Position numbers and translations under genes: made by a program. Below, one piece after another: positions 61,518-64,000 of a DNA stretch of 64,000 bases (its first letter is position 1; each line of letters opens with the position of its first letter). A model generated the notes under the pieces. It was not told the origin of the DNA and ran no database searches. It saw only the letters and a program-made list of their open reading frames with translations. Source of the DNA: Azolla caroliniana (Eukaryota; Plantae; Polypodiophyta); the NCBI GenBank assembly GCA_043228905.1, contig JBHGNT010000008.1, positions 19,592,001-19,656,000 of the forward strand. Direction: 5' to 3'.

Positions 61518-63282
61518 CGAACGATACCGTCGAGGGGAAGATCAGCTTCGTAGAAGCCACATGCCAGAACTACGAGGTTCTGGTCGACAACAAGCGGGCC
61601 GGAAGGGCCGGAGGGGCAGCCCCTTTGGGGAGGTATGACATCCGGAGCGGACCCAAGAGAAGTGATTCACAAGAGAAAGAAAAGGGGAAGTTCCCGAGCT
61701 TCCGGTTAAGCTCGGAGATAGAGAAAACAACCAACCTACGGAAGGTCCTGGAGGAGCGAATCCTCGATAGTCGCGTGGGACTCACGTTGCGGGAAGTGCT
61801 TGTCGACCACTACATGAAGCGGCATTGGGCGAGGGCGACAATGGAGACCCCGGTTAGGATAGGGGATGTGAAGGAACCACTGGTCCATGGACTTTTATAA
61901 GAAGGGAAAATGGCCGATCAACACCAAGCACGGGTGGAAGATAGCGCGGCTACGTTAGCCATGGAGGTGCTGGACGGAGCATGCCAAAATTGTTGGGAGA
62001 CATGTCCCTCCGGATGGGAAGGGAGAAGAACAATGCCGATGAACAAAGGCCGAGGCCGAAATCGGACCAGGAGTACCCGGCTACGGAGGACCGGATGGTG
62101 AAGATCCGGTGAGAACCGGATGAGGAGTACCCGACTACGGAGAGCCGGATGGTGCAGACATGGTGAGAACCGGATGAGGAGTACCTAGCTACGGAGAGCC
62201 GGATGGTGCAGACCCGGTGAGAACCGGATGAGGAGTACCCGGCTACAGAGAGCCGGATGGTGTAGACCCGGTGAGAACCGGATGAGGAGTACCCGGCTAC
62301 GGAGAGCCGGATGGTGTAGACCCGGTGAGAACCGGATGAGGAGTACCCGGCTACGGAGAGCCGGATGTTGTAGACCCGGTGAGAACCGGATGAAGAGACA
62401 TATTCGTAAATATGTTTCTGAGAGTCCATCGTGGCTATATTTGTAAATAGCCGAAAAGTCATATTAGTATAAATATGACTTAGGGCAAACTTTTAACTAT
62501 TGTTGTCATTTCTTGTTGGTGCAAGAAAAGAGAGAGTGCGTAACTGTGTACAGAGAGAGAGAGAGAGGAAGAGGTCGTTGCCTCTGTTGTAACCGCCGCC
62601 TGTGGCGAAGATCGTGAGCACGAGGTCGTTGCCTCCGTGAACTCACTGTTGTACATTCTTGGATAGTGATAGTTTGCAGCCTGTGGGTTGCCGTGGTTTT
62701 TTTCCCTAGTTTGGGTTTTCCACGTAAACATCCTGTGTACTCTTCTCTTGTTTGTGTCGTGTTTTCCGTTTCCCGTTTTCTGTGTATGATTCTAAGCTCG
62801 GTTGTGGCTGAGCATTGTGCATAAGGAGCGTTGAGTTCCCATCAAAAATGTCCATGTAAGGGTCGGCGATGTCGAGATAGACCAACAATTCTTTGTGCAA
62901 GAAACATCCTCCCATCCGGTCATCCTCGGTGAACCCTACATCACAGCGGCTCGAATGGAGACCAAGGTGCTGGACAACGGCTCGACATACACGAGGGTGA
63001 AGAGCTAGGATGGACGCCACTCTGTCCAAATTTTGACTGTTCGGCCAAACCACGAGCGTATTAGGGATACTCTCGGCAACAATGGCCGAGATGATTTTTG
63101 AAGAGGGCTTTCAAGCTCTGGGGCTGTAATAGTTTGAACAACCGGAACAAACCCCTCACATGTACCAACGGAGGTTGTACTATAGTTGGGACAAGAAGAG
63201 AGTTGAAGCACGCTTGAAGGCGTGTGGAGCCTTGGGGCCCGACGAGGATATTGGAGACGCCATGGGGGCCCGACGAGGATAT
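61518..63282 (+). pseudogene. Degenerate gypsy-like Gag C-terminal/protease region, probably the continuation of 41933-43320
   Basis: LTLREVL, GACQN|VHVRVGDVEIDQQFFVQ..VILGEPY (protease-like), rejoined across the solo LTR; link to the upstream gag is inferred. Confidence 0.6.
61991..62844 (+). repeat. Solo LTR of the A/D group with ~6 copies of a 54-bp tandem unit
   Basis: TGTTGGG...CCCATCA, TSD AAAAT at 61986-61990 and 62845-62849. Confidence 0.93.
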
Positions 63283-64000
63283 TAGTGATAGTTTGCAGCC
63301 TGTGGGCTGCCGTGGTTTTTTTCCCTAGTTTGGGTTTTCCACGTAAACATCCTGTGTACTCTTCTCTTGTTTGTGTCGTGTTTTCCATTTCCCGTTTTCT
63401 GTGTACGATTCTAAGCTCGGTTGTGGCTGATCGTTGTGCATAAGGAGCGTTGAGTTCCCGTCAAGTGGTATCAGAGCGAAACGACACAGAAAATGGACGA
63501 ATCATTTGGCGGCATGTTCAAGCTCACCGGCTCCAACTATTCAGTGTCGAAGTCGAAGATGAGGGACATGCTCGTGGTTAAAGACCTCTGGCTGCCGGTT
63601 CAGTTCGGGGACAAGAGACCAGACAAAATCGACGCCGTGATATGGGAGGTGATGCACATGAAGACAACGGCGTACATACGGTGCTTCATCGACATGAGCC
63701 TGTACAACAACTTCAATGAGGAGAGCAAGGCTCATGAGCTCTGGGAGAAGATCGGCATAATGTTTCAAAACAAAAATGCTGTTAATGAGGTTTCGGTATT
63801 CCAGAAGCTAGTAAGACTCCGGTACCAAGATGGCTCCAGCATGGCGGAGCACATGAATGCCTTCCAGGGGCTAATACACCAGGAAACATCATTGGAAGTA
63901 CCTCTCGCCGACGAGGTACTAGCGCTACTCCTGCTCGGTTCCCTCCCGGATAGCTGGGAGACGTTGGTTGTCACTTTGGGCAATGCTGGGCCGGAAGGAA
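63283..64000 (+). mobile_element. Start of copia H (D family): partial 5' LTR to 63463, PBS 63466-63477, Gag from 63493 running off the window
   Basis: LTR 3' end matches ~62663-62844; TGGTATCAGAGC; MDESFGGMFKLTGSNY matches D Gag. Confidence 0.9.

Overview
Eukaryotic, almost certainly plant, TE-dense DNA. The element mix suggests a seed-free land plant, but that is inference. I see no recognisable host gene, RNA gene or CRISPR array. The window is a deep transposon nest whose layers can mostly be separated using target-site duplications (TSDs). (1) 1-10.5 kb: an intact Ty1/copia element (A, 814-6185; LTRs identical except one 26-bp repeat unit; TG...TA ends) sits in the RT of a second copia (B), whose Gag-Pol rejoins in frame. 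(2) 10.5-13.5 kb: degraded copia remnants. (3) 13.6-41.9 kb: one Sola/DUF7869-like DDD transposase gene (- strand) split into four pieces by three LTR elements (C, D, G), with a divergent degenerate coiled-coil/RING-H2-like gene next to it. C carries a 2.6-kb inversion. G carries an APE-RT LINE and a gypsy-like remnant, and both LINE copies sit in (CT)n tracts. (4) 41.9-64 kb: a putatively tRNA-Trp-primed gypsy-like element hosts a chromovirus whose halves face opposite ways, consistent with a ~14-kb inversion between inverted LTRs. It also holds nested copia elements (E, F), solo LTRs and the start of copia H. Best leads: the Sola-like transposon with a possible RING partner, the (CT)n-associated LINE, a Pol tail between two polypurine tracts in one copia lineage, and a capsid-domain swap. 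Family assignments come from remembered motifs, not database searches.
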